Origin: a virus
Taxonomy: Duplodnaviria > Caudoviricetes
Virus record (IMG/VR): IMGVR_UViG_3300029305_003884
Coordinates: 64,001-128,000 of that record
Strand: one strand, 5' to 3'
Length of the DNA stretch: 64,000 nucleotides
In this document: piece by piece, positions 25,666-34,382 of the stretch
Position numbering within the stretch: the first letter of the stretch is position 1
Layout: the number at the start of each line of letters is the position of its first letter
Notes under the pieces: generated by a model
Told to the model about the DNA's origin: nothing
What the model saw: the letters and a program-made list of their open reading frames with translations, nothing else
Database searches by the model: none
Position numbers and translations under genes: made by a program

Positions 25666-26250
25666 ATGACCTCAGAATACGCACTAGATGTATTTACCAA
25701 GTCCGCCGAACAGATACTTACCTCCAAGGTACAATTGGAAGCGGTAACAGATTTGGCAAAGACGTTACTTGAATTTGCCGACCCAAGAAACGATGTAAAC
25801 CATCCGTCCTGTTCGTCAGGTCTTCTCATCACGGATGGAAAGGTATTCCTAGCAGAACTCCCGACAGGCAACAAGAAAGGCAAGCCGCATCAGTATGACC
25901 TTCCAAAGGGTCACGTTGAAAACGATGGCGAATCCGTAAAGGATGCCGCTTTCAGGGAAGCCTTGGAGGAAACTGGGTATAACTGGCATAAGTATTACAA
26001 CGATGCCAAGGGAATCTTCCGCAAGCAAGTGCCATTCCGTAAAGGAAACAACCTGATGTTATACAGGATAAATCTGAAAGAACTTCCTCCCCTGACATCC
26101 TATTCCTGCAAGTCCTACTTCCATGACCCTAAGAAGAACGCCGCCATACCCGAAGCATGCTCCTACGAGTACCTCCCGTTGAAGGAAATCGGAAAGTGGC
26201 TGTGGCCCGAGTTCGACAAGACCTTCAAGAGGGAAGGAATCAAGTTCTAA
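25666..26250 (+). CDS. NUDIX hydrolase, late paralogue with N-terminal leader
   Basis: LPKGHVE...AAFREALEETG NUDIX box; late box at 25632-25640. Confidence 0.88.
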   Translation: MTSEYALDVFTKSAEQILTSKVQLEAVTDLAKTLLEFADPRNDVNHPSCSSGLLITDGKVFLAELPTGNKKGKPHQYDLPKGHVENDGESVKDAAFREALEETGYNWHKYYNDAKGIFRKQVPFRKGNNLMLYRINLKELPPLTSYSCKSYFHDPKKNAAIPEACSYEYLPLKEIGKWLWPEFDKTFKREGIKF

Positions 26251-26251
26251 A

Positions 26252-26267
26252 TGTTTCACGTGAAACA
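26252..26267. promoter_or_regulatory. parS: parS site (ParB/Spo0J binding palindrome)
   Basis: TGTTTCACGTGAAACA is an exact match to the bacterial chromosomal parS consensus TGTTNCACGTGAAACA; intergenic. Confidence 0.75.
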
Positions 26268-26271
26268 TTAG

Positions 26272-26299
26272 AAAAGCCCCCGTGAAACACGGAGGCTTT
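26272..26299. terminator. Bidirectional terminator between convergent genes
   Basis: AAAAGCCCCCGTG-AAA-CACGGAGGCTTT. Confidence 0.65.
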
Positions 26300-26317
26300 G
26301 TTTGTGTGGAGAAATTC

Positions 26318-27664
26318 TTATTTAGAAGGCGCTATCTTCGCCTTGATTTTCTTCTTTACAAGATTAGCATTCGGCAATTCTTTGGGTGTGATAGGAATTT
26401 CAGGAACTTCCTCTTCTTTAGGAATTACTGGACGGTCATCCGTCTTTATCTCCGAGGCATCCTTCTTCAAGTTTTCCTCGGTTAACGAAGCTTCCGCTTC
26501 CTTCATTGCATCGTTTCCAGGTATTGCGGGAGATTTAGCCAAGTCGTTGCATTTATCCAGCATGTCCGTCATTTTACCTACGGATTCCTTTGCATCAATA
26601 CTTTCCAGGTATTGCTTTGTCATGGCAGCTTGGACTAAGTCTTGCGGAGTTTTCGGCAAGTCCATCTGCTTAACCATAAATTCATCTGGCTTCGGGCTAA
26701 AGAAATTGTCCATCGAGGCTTTTAAATCCTTTCCGACACTAACCCCACGTTGCGACATGACACGTTGACTTTCATACTGACACTCAGCAATAGCCTTAGC
26801 TCTCATGCCTTCATTCTCGTCGACGGCATCGTTGAAAGCCTTGAGTGCAACTGGATTACCTTTAAGTTCTTCGATAATGAATTTCTTTCCAACGTCATTC
26901 GGCTGGAAGTTGAGATAGGTGCGAGCAAAAGTTAGACCAATGAGCTTATTGGACACCTCGCTCATAGAACCAGGTTTACCCATAAGAGTCATCTCGTTCA
27001 ATGCTTTTGTAAGAGACTCGATTTCCCGTTCTATTTTACCGTTGCTCAGATTCTGACAAATACCAAGGGATGGATTCATCTTCTGCACATTGGTTTTAGC
27101 TGCATCAAGAGCCGTCGGGTGTTCCTTAACCAGATTGGAAATCGGCTCTGGGTGTCCATCAGCGGTGTCAACCATGGTTTTCATCCGTAGTGGGACATTC
27201 TTGTTATAATCCATGCCAAAATAATCGGGATTCGATTCAAGATTCACTTTCTGGTTCGGCTTCATAAACGGGTCAGCCAAGATGGTAGCTTCCGACGGGA
27301 CATTGCCATTCAACTGCTGGAAAGTGTAGTCCTGCATGTTGCAGAACTGGTTCGGGCCAGAAGGTATCGGGCGTTGCTTATCATGCCATGGTTCCTTCGG
27401 GTTCATAATCGGCTTGAAACCGAGACCACCGTACCTTTCTGGCTGTCTGACCAGCACAGGCGGCGGGCTAAATTGCTGTGGCGGGAAGGTCTGGCTCGGC
27501 GTAGGCGGAATAGGCGGCACCTGCGACGGCACTTGCTGCGGAGATTGTGGAGCAGCATGTTCTTCCTTGTAGATATGCTTTACCGTGGCACCGACATCAT
27601 AAAGAGCCTTCGCCAGGAATTCCATTATGTTTAGGTATTTATCGTTGTTCATTTTTGCCTCCAT
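26318..27664 (-). CDS. Hypothetical Pro/Gln-rich, largely disordered protein
   Basis: Long ORF in the minus-strand operon; low-complexity N-terminus. Confidence 0.65.
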   Translation of the reverse strand: MEAKMNNDKYLNIMEFLAKALYDVGATVKHIYKEEHAAPQSPQQVPSQVPPIPPTPSQTFPPQQFSPPPVLVRQPERYGGLGFKPIMNPKEPWHDKQRPIPSGPNQFCNMQDYTFQQLNGNVPSEATILADPFMKPNQKVNLESNPDYFGMDYNKNVPLRMKTMVDTADGHPEPISNLVKEHPTALDAAKTNVQKMNPSLGICQNLSNGKIEREIESLTKALNEMTLMGKPGSMSEVSNKLIGLTFARTYLNFQPNDVGKKFIIEELKGNPVALKAFNDAVDENEGMRAKAIAECQYESQRVMSQRGVSVGKDLKASMDNFFSPKPDEFMVKQMDLPKTPQDLVQAAMTKQYLESIDAKESVGKMTDMLDKCNDLAKSPAIPGNDAMKEAEASLTEENLKKDASEIKTDDRPVIPKEEEVPEIPITPKELPNANLVKKKIKAKIAPSK

Positions 27665-28155
27665 TACAAACGATTTGCTTTGTTAGATTCAGCCTCAACG
27701 AATTTAGCCAATTCGATAAGGCCGACATTTCCGTAAATCAATTTCATTTCCTCGCTGCAATCAGCCTCGGGTTCGTCACTTATCTTGTTGCACATGTCTA
27801 CATAGGATTCGAGTTCCTTCTTTCGTTCTTTCGCATAGTTCAAAAGAAGCTGGTATTCAGATGCGGTAAGCTTGTTCGCATCGAACTCATACTCGCCTTC
27901 TCCGTAACGTACAGTAGACTTTGCAAGGATGCGGCGTATCTCTGCGGCGAGTTCAACATCACGCTTTACCTTCTCAATTTCCTCACTGTACTCAGGAGGT
28001 TTAACCTTCTGTGGTTCAGTCTTGGGCGGTTCAGCAATCTTGCGGGCCCTAACCTTCGCCTTGCGGAACAGCCACCACTCACGCACCAGCATGGCGATAG
28101 CGCCAAAGACATGACAACCGACCAGAGCGGCAACTATAAATTCAATCAGTTTCAT
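27664..28155 (-). CDS. Hypothetical protein with N-terminal membrane anchor
   Basis: Hydrophobic N-terminus; coupled start/stop overlaps. Confidence 0.65.
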   Translation of the reverse strand: MKLIEFIVAALVGCHVFGAIAMLVREWWLFRKAKVRARKIAEPPKTEPQKVKPPEYSEEIEKVKRDVELAAEIRRILAKSTVRYGEGEYEFDANKLTASEYQLLLNYAKERKKELESYVDMCNKISDEPEADCSEEMKLIYGNVGLIELAKFVEAESNKANRL

Positions 28156-28607
28156 TTGGATTCCTGGAACAGGCCTAGCCTGTCAAATGTGCGGCTGTAA
28201 CCCTTGAAGAGCCACTTCCTGATTTCGGAAAGAGGTTTGTAGGCATAGCCAATAACCTCGGGGACAGTCTTGCCAGTCCTCTTGTCTGGGAAGAAGCTCT
28301 GGCACTTGTACTCGCCGATATCAGGCATCTCTTCCTTCGTCAAGTCGAGACGGTACAGGACAATCTGCTTGCCCTTGATGTAGCTGACAGGTTCATTACA
28401 CAATGCGTATGCACGGTCCTTATAAGCATCAAAATCGTAACCAGTTTCTTCCTTCGCTTCTCTAAACGCAGTGCCCCTAAAGTCACTGTCGAAATCCTCG
28501 ACGTGACCCTTAGGCAAATCAAAATGGTGTTCACCAGGAGTCTGGTGTAGCGGCAGTTCGACAAGGAACTTTTCGCCGTCTGTTATCAAAAGGCCAGCCG
28601 ATACCAT
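28152..28607 (-). CDS. NUDIX hydrolase, paralogue without the leader
   Basis: LPKGHVE...AFREAKEETG; GGAGG RBS. Confidence 0.88.
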   Translation of the reverse strand: MVSAGLLITDGEKFLVELPLHQTPGEHHFDLPKGHVEDFDSDFRGTAFREAKEETGYDFDAYKDRAYALCNEPVSYIKGKQIVLYRLDLTKEEMPDIGEYKCQSFFPDKRTGKTVPEVIGYAYKPLSEIRKWLFKGYSRTFDRLGLFQESK

Positions 28608-28709
28608 ATCGGTTTCCTCCTATTTCTATTCCACATTAAAATATATTATTCCAATACAAAAACGCCGACCACTATTGCAGGTCGGCTGAAATCATGCGTC
28701 GTTTCAGGC

Positions 28710-29837
28710 TTATTTCTTGCTGAGATACAGTAACAGCAGGTTGAATCCGTAGCAGATGCAACATGCAACAAACAGCATGTCCACTGGTAGACCTTTGAGG
28801 AAGAGCGATGCAATGCCAGCGATACCCCAAGCGCTCAACGTCAACGAGTGTATCGTAGATGTATTCGTTATCCCGTACTTGCTTGCAAGCAGTGCAGGCA
28901 ATGCAGAAAATCCACCGCCATAACATGCGTTGATGAGCATGACGCTGACGACGAACACACCAAGTCCGCCGACGCCGAAGTTCACCAGGCACAGCAGAGA
29001 ACTCAATGCAAAGAGGATTACATACGGAACATACCGTCCGAACTTGTCGCTAACCCAAGCAAAACCAAATCGGCCACCAGCGTTGAACACGGCACTCAAT
29101 GTACAAAGCGCAGTCGCCATCCCGAGCGCCACACCGTAGTGGGAATACAACTGGGCTTCCTGACTGATGAAGGCAAGGCCGCAAGCGATGTTGATGAAGA
29201 AGAACAGCCAAATCGAGATGTATGGCAACGTCCGTACCGTCTTCCCGATATTGATTGTCTCGACCGTAGGCGGCTTGTAGTTGACAGGGAACTTCCTGAA
29301 CAGGAACGATGTCACGATAAGCGGAACCGTATAGATTAAGGCAAGAAGGAAGAACACCTGGTCGATAGCGAAGTTCGAAGTCATGTAGGTATACAACGGG
29401 CTCGCAACAGACTTTGACAACCCGAAGGACAGGATGGCTATTGCTGATGCGACCGCCTTGTTATGACGGAAGTACAGCATCAGGGTTTTAATCGGCGCCA
29501 CATATCCGAGGCCACATGAGCACCCGAAAAGGCATCCGTAGGCCAGATAGAATAGCCAGACACTTCCTATGCTGCAGGCCACCCCGCTTAGGACAAATCC
29601 ACCCACGAAGAAAATCACCGATAGGATATATGTTGCCTTCGGGTTCTTCTCGACGAACTTTCCCATGAATGCTGCAGACAGTCCGAGGAACAGGATTGCA
29701 AGAGAGAATGCAAACGACATGTCATGGTTGAGAACAGCGTTGACAGCATTAGAGAGAAGAGACCAGGCATATACCTGGCCAATGCATAAAGAAAGAAGGA
29801 CGGTTGCAAGCACCGTCCTGATTTGTAGAATTTTCAT
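28710..29837 (-). CDS. MFS transporter, OFA (oxalate/formate antiporter-like) family
   Basis: G.VYAWS, FS..I..LGLSAA..G..VE, G.GY.AP.KTL..YF, FNA.GR..F...SD..GR, YGGGFS.LPA; many TM helices. Confidence 0.85.
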   Translation of the reverse strand: MKILQIRTVLATVLLSLCIGQVYAWSLLSNAVNAVLNHDMSFAFSLAILFLGLSAAFMGKFVEKNPKATYILSVIFFVGGFVLSGVACSIGSVWLFYLAYGCLFGCSCGLGYVAPIKTLMLYFRHNKAVASAIAILSFGLSKSVASPLYTYMTSNFAIDQVFFLLALIYTVPLIVTSFLFRKFPVNYKPPTVETINIGKTVRTLPYISIWLFFFINIACGLAFISQEAQLYSHYGVALGMATALCTLSAVFNAGGRFGFAWVSDKFGRYVPYVILFALSSLLCLVNFGVGGLGVFVVSVMLINACYGGGFSALPALLASKYGITNTSTIHSLTLSAWGIAGIASLFLKGLPVDMLFVACCICYGFNLLLLYLSKK

Positions 29838-29865
29838 ATTGACGTCTTGGCTTTGCACCAAGAGT

Positions 29866-30849
29866 TTATAGGGTCTCGTCGATATCAGTAGGCACCTGGA
29901 AGGTGCCGTCGAGCTGTTGCTGGATATACTTGATAGCCTTGGTAATCATTTCCATTGCAGCAGTTTCGTCGACAGCCTGACCGCCACATGAAAGCGGATG
30001 GCCACCCATAGACACGGCGCCAGGAGTAGTTTTCTCGATTACCTTTGCAAACTTGTCAAAGGAAATCTTCTTGTTGTAACCACGGAACATCAGGCCAATG
30101 TTGTTGCAGCGGGTGTTATGATAAATGTTGACCCAGTAGTTGTATTTACCCGTATCTTCGATACGGACACCGACTTCGGTGGAGCGCTTGTCACAATGAG
30201 TAAGCACACCGCCACCAGGGAGGTCTGTAAATTGAAGTTGACCATAGATATCATTGACTTCGCCTTCGATGCTCTCGATAATACGGAGGTCGTCTTCGGA
30301 GAAATCAGTATGGCCATCCTTGTAAGCTTCCATCCACGGTTCAAATTTCAGGTTATACTTGGCCTTGAAGAGCATGTTCAGACGGAATGCATGTTCAAAG
30401 CGTTCCTTGTCAGTTTTAACCCAGCGGTCAAACGTATCGATGTAACCGATGAGTTCTTCAAGGTAGGAAATATCCTTGACATCACGGTAGAAATCATAGG
30501 TCAGACGTGAGCCGCAAGCAGACTTGTCAATAAAGATGCAATTAGACGGGTCGTTGAGTCCTTCCACGCTACCATGATGGTCCAAAACCATGAACGGAAT
30601 GCGAGTTGCACGGACACGGTCCATGAAATCGGCAGGTGTGTAATCAGTAAACACGATTGCGTTGTACAGTTCCATGTTGGGGATGCTACTGAAAGTCAGT
30701 ATATCCTTTTCCTTGCCGTAGAACATCTTCGCATACTTTGCGTTAGGATAGATGGTCTTAACTACTAGATGGGAACCTACTCCATCAAGGTCATTGTGGG
30801 TGCAGTTAAGCACGTTCAGGTTGGGGTTTTTGAAGTATTGGATATCCAT
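29866..30849 (-). CDS. DHH/DHHA1 phosphoesterase (NrnA/NrnB-like)
   Basis: THNDLDG, FTD, LDHH and GGH motifs. Confidence 0.85.
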   Translation of the reverse strand: MDIQYFKNPNLNVLNCTHNDLDGVGSHLVVKTIYPNAKYAKMFYGKEKDILTFSSIPNMELYNAIVFTDYTPADFMDRVRATRIPFMVLDHHGSVEGLNDPSNCIFIDKSACGSRLTYDFYRDVKDISYLEELIGYIDTFDRWVKTDKERFEHAFRLNMLFKAKYNLKFEPWMEAYKDGHTDFSEDDLRIIESIEGEVNDIYGQLQFTDLPGGGVLTHCDKRSTEVGVRIEDTGKYNYWVNIYHNTRCNNIGLMFRGYNKKISFDKFAKVIEKTTPGAVSMGGHPLSCGGQAVDETAAMEMITKAIKYIQQQLDGTFQVPTDIDETL

Positions 30850-30869
30850 GATTTTAGTCCTTTTCGTTA

Positions 30870-30898
30870 AATATAGTTTATTAAATCTGTGTTGTCAA
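30870..30898 (-). promoter_or_regulatory. Sigma70-type promoter TTGACA-N17-TATATT (DHH gene)
   Basis: Reverse complement reads ttgaca-acacagatttaataaac-tatatt. Confidence 0.7.
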
Positions 30899-32425
30899 GG
30901 TCTTGTCAGCAATAAAAATGTCTTCGATGAACGCTTCCATGCATTCCTGTTCGGTAAAGGTAGGAATCTGCAGTTCCGTCAAGGCATCGTCAAAGATTTT
31001 CTTGGCACGCTCGGCATACTCTTCTGCCACGATGATGCTGTCATGTACTGTGCATACAGGGCAATGCAGTTCGTCCTTGATTCTGCGGTAAACGATGCTG
31101 AAAATCAGGTGGCTTTCGGTGCGTTGCAGTTCATGTGCCAGCTCAGCGTAGTGCCCACGCTTGATAATCTGGATTGCCTTGTACAGGTTGGGGAACTTTT
31201 CCTTCCAGAGCTTCTGAATTGCGCCAACCAACTTGTGCTTCTTTCTCGAATAGAACTTGCCGCAGAATAGGCAAGTAAGGAATTCCTTCTTCACCTTATT
31301 GCGGTCTACGTTGATATGTAAAGTTTTGTTTACATAGCTAAGAAAAAATTCGTACAGACTGCCGCTAACAAGCAGATTGCGGTAAACTTCCAATTCTTTA
31401 TGGAAATTATCCACGCAATCCCAAGTATCCTCCACTTTCCAGTATGCCTCCGCAAACCCACCTATAGGGAAAATCACAATATGTTCTCGGCCATCAAATT
31501 TAGAAATATATCGGTCAAGCACACGGTACAGGAATGCGCCCTGGGAGCTCTTGATGTCTATTTCGACCGTCGGCTTGCCATCGCAGGAGATGCAGCTCTT
31601 TCGCACTTCCTTCTTCATCTGGGTTATATTCGTGTGTACACGCCCGTATGCATCACGTTTGCAATAAAGAGCGTATTTATCGGTCGAATAACTGTTGAAA
31701 AGCTTAACTTTGTTCATTTCAGACGTCATTCTTTCAGGAGGAATAGCGCCATTTGACACCATTTCGCCCAAAATGTCATGACTTTTCTGCTCGTCTATGC
31801 TGAAATGGGTCAAGTCTTCGTAAAGTTCCTTGATTTCAGGCAATTTCATTTGTTCGCAATGAACTTCTTCGGCTCTTTCTGCAAGTTTTCTGTACAAAAT
31901 GGGGTTTGTGACCATGACGACACGTACTCCACCCTGTCTTTTTGCGATATCGCCAGCCTCTTCTTGTGCCCTGGTGTGCAAATATCGTTGCACATAGCTC
32001 AAAAACTCCTTCGTGAACCAATAATGCTTGCATTTTCCAGGAACATCCTTTGTACCCTTGATGTAAGAGCGGCTCCTACCGATTACTCCCCACTGTTCAA
32101 GGATATTGACGTAGTCCAAGTAGTTGGAACCGAGTATCCTGTCGTAGATTTTCGAGTAGATTGGGACAGCCCACTTGTCAATATCGATTGACCAATGGTG
32201 CTTTATAGCCATGTTGAAGGCCATCTGGTAACGTCGGTAGACTGTATTCACGATGTAGACCAGAAATTCGAAATTTTTCCTATGCACTCCATCCAAAGTC
32301 TCAGATTTAGCCATCAAATACTCGAAAATACGGTTAGGAACCAGCATCTTATCGAAGGAATAATGGCTGTCTGACTCAGAAAATTGGTCTAAAATACGTA
32401 AAGAAAGTGCAAGTTTCGAACTCAT
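30881..32425 (-). CDS. Family-A polymerase / T7-RNAP-like palm protein (TV-Pol-like)
   Basis: YGRVHT, motif A VEIDIKSSQ, motif B R..VK....LF.G, LQ..ES, motif C TVHDS. Start moved to 32425 because a promoter lies at 32433-32461. Confidence 0.65.
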   Translation of the reverse strand: MSSKLALSLRILDQFSESDSHYSFDKMLVPNRIFEYLMAKSETLDGVHRKNFEFLVYIVNTVYRRYQMAFNMAIKHHWSIDIDKWAVPIYSKIYDRILGSNYLDYVNILEQWGVIGRSRSYIKGTKDVPGKCKHYWFTKEFLSYVQRYLHTRAQEEAGDIAKRQGGVRVVMVTNPILYRKLAERAEEVHCEQMKLPEIKELYEDLTHFSIDEQKSHDILGEMVSNGAIPPERMTSEMNKVKLFNSYSTDKYALYCKRDAYGRVHTNITQMKKEVRKSCISCDGKPTVEIDIKSSQGAFLYRVLDRYISKFDGREHIVIFPIGGFAEAYWKVEDTWDCVDNFHKELEVYRNLLVSGSLYEFFLSYVNKTLHINVDRNKVKKEFLTCLFCGKFYSRKKHKLVGAIQKLWKEKFPNLYKAIQIIKRGHYAELAHELQRTESHLIFSIVYRRIKDELHCPVCTVHDSIIVAEEYAERAKKIFDDALTELQIPTFTEQECMEAFIEDIFIADKTLTTQI

Positions 32426-32624
32426 CGGCGATAAAATAAAATTAAAATCGGGTTTTGTCAAGTACCTACTCAAATGAAATCCACATTTGCACCCCATTTA
32501 CCAAGGATAACACTATATGTTCTCACTTTTTGATATTAAAATATAAACTTAGGCTGTAAAAAAGATATTTTAGTTTAGAAAAACATCATTTTTTTTTCTC
32601 AACCCTAGTTTATTCACTCAGATT

Positions 32625-34382
32625 ATGAAAGTTTACTTCGATTTCCTTAAAGATAACTCGGCTGTCGTCAACGTCTATGACGGCACCCCAACTGAAATCA
32701 ATCGAGTATATGCCTACCTTAACACTTGCATCAAGTATGAGGACAAGCAGGCCACCTACACCGAAAAGTACAAGAACGGATACAAGAAGGAATACGTCAA
32801 TTTTTACGACAAGGATGAACGGACCGTGCCCATCGGTCTGATTGCTAGGGTGTGCGACATGTTGAAGGGTAAGTTCCCGACGATGCAAATCGGGATGTCG
32901 TCCCTGTCCCCGAGGATTCAGTCGATGTTCACGCCGAAGGTCGTATTGAGCAGGGAGGACATCATCAAGTACGCCGAGACGCTCAACATCCACGACCGCA
33001 AGGAGGGGTTCAAGCTCAGTCTATATGACCATCAGGTTGAACTCATCTATCAGGCCATGCTGCACCGACGTGGTTCGTTGAAGGCCTGCACAGCCTCTGG
33101 AAAGTCACTGTCCATCTATGTGATGGCGAGGTACATGACCGAGGTCGAACACAAGAAGATTGCCATAGTCGTTCCGAACTCGGGCCTCGTGGTCCAGTTG
33201 ATGGAAAACTTCTACGACGACTACTCCTGGGACGAGGCGCACGAGAACTGTACCCTAATCTACGGGGACTCCAAGGACAAGCTGACTGCCTCACAGAAAA
33301 AGAAGCTGGCTGAACTGCACCTTGGCGAGGAAGTGATGTTGAAGCCTATCGTCATCACGACTTGGCAGAGTCTGCAGAACAAGGAGCCGTCCTTCTTCAA
33401 GCGGTTCGATGCGGTTATCGTTGACGAATGCCAGGGATGCCGTGGTCCAGTCCTCCGTAAGATTCTCGACTATTGCACGTCGGCGGAGAACTTCAAGATA
33501 GGCGTTTCGGGTACGATTCCGAAGGAAGGCCTTGAAGCAGCCTGCATCGAGGCGTCTCTTGGAAAGAGGTACGAGATTGTCAGCCTGTGGCAGCTTGCCG
33601 AGAAGAAGCTTATCTGTCCTGTGAAGGTGGTCGGCCTGTTCGTTCCGTATCCGCTGGATTGCCGAACGACCATCTGCTACTCGAAGTTCGATGAGGAGTA
33701 TTCAATCGTGACTGGCAACCGCAGTCGGTACGACATCCTCGACATGCTCATCAACAACAAGATGATAACGACGGAGCAGAACACGGTTATTCTTTTCCGA
33801 AACATCGACCCGCTGGAACGAGTCGCCGCATACTTGCAGGAACATCATCCAGAGTTCAAGTACAGCATCATCAAGGGAGACGTAAAGGCCGTCGAGAGAA
33901 ACAAAATCCGTGCCGAAATGGATTCATCTTACGGGCACATTCTTCTCGGCACATACGGCTGTCTCCAAGCGGGAATGAACGTGAAGAAGTTGAACAACCT
34001 TGTTTTCGGCGACCCAGGAAAGTCGATGTACATGATTATGCAGTCGATTGGCCGTATCGTCCGTAAGTGCAACGGCAAGGAAATCGCAACCTGTTACGAC
34101 ATCGTTGACGACGCTTCGTACATGGTACATGGTCGCAAGCTGGGTGACCACATCAACGAGAACTGCATGGTTCGTCACTTCCGTGAAAGGATGAATTACT
34201 ACGATGATGACAAGATTCCTGTAACCACGGTCGACCTCACGGGTATAGTCGAGGCCGATGTCAAGCTCGACGATATCAAGCAGAAGAGAAAGGAGAAGGC
34301 GGAGAAGCGTGCGGCCCAGATGGAGAAAAAGAAAAAGAAGGCCGCAGAGGGCCTTCTGAAAAACTACCGCAGGCAGTTCTAG
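32625..34382 (+). CDS. uvsW: UvsW-like SF2 helicase
   Basis: TASGKS, TTWQSL, DECQ, SGT, QSIGR..R, YDIVDD; late-type box TATAAACTT at 32542-32550. Confidence 0.9.
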   Translation: MKVYFDFLKDNSAVVNVYDGTPTEINRVYAYLNTCIKYEDKQATYTEKYKNGYKKEYVNFYDKDERTVPIGLIARVCDMLKGKFPTMQIGMSSLSPRIQSMFTPKVVLSREDIIKYAETLNIHDRKEGFKLSLYDHQVELIYQAMLHRRGSLKACTASGKSLSIYVMARYMTEVEHKKIAIVVPNSGLVVQLMENFYDDYSWDEAHENCTLIYGDSKDKLTASQKKKLAELHLGEEVMLKPIVITTWQSLQNKEPSFFKRFDAVIVDECQGCRGPVLRKILDYCTSAENFKIGVSGTIPKEGLEAACIEASLGKRYEIVSLWQLAEKKLICPVKVVGLFVPYPLDCRTTICYSKFDEEYSIVTGNRSRYDILDMLINNKMITTEQNTVILFRNIDPLERVAAYLQEHHPEFKYSIIKGDVKAVERNKIRAEMDSSYGHILLGTYGCLQAGMNVKKLNNLVFGDPGKSMYMIMQSIGRIVRKCNGKEIATCYDIVDDASYMVHGRKLGDHINENCMVRHFRERMNYYDDDKIPVTTVDLTGIVEADVKLDDIKQKRKEKAEKRAAQMEKKKKKAAEGLLKNYRRQF

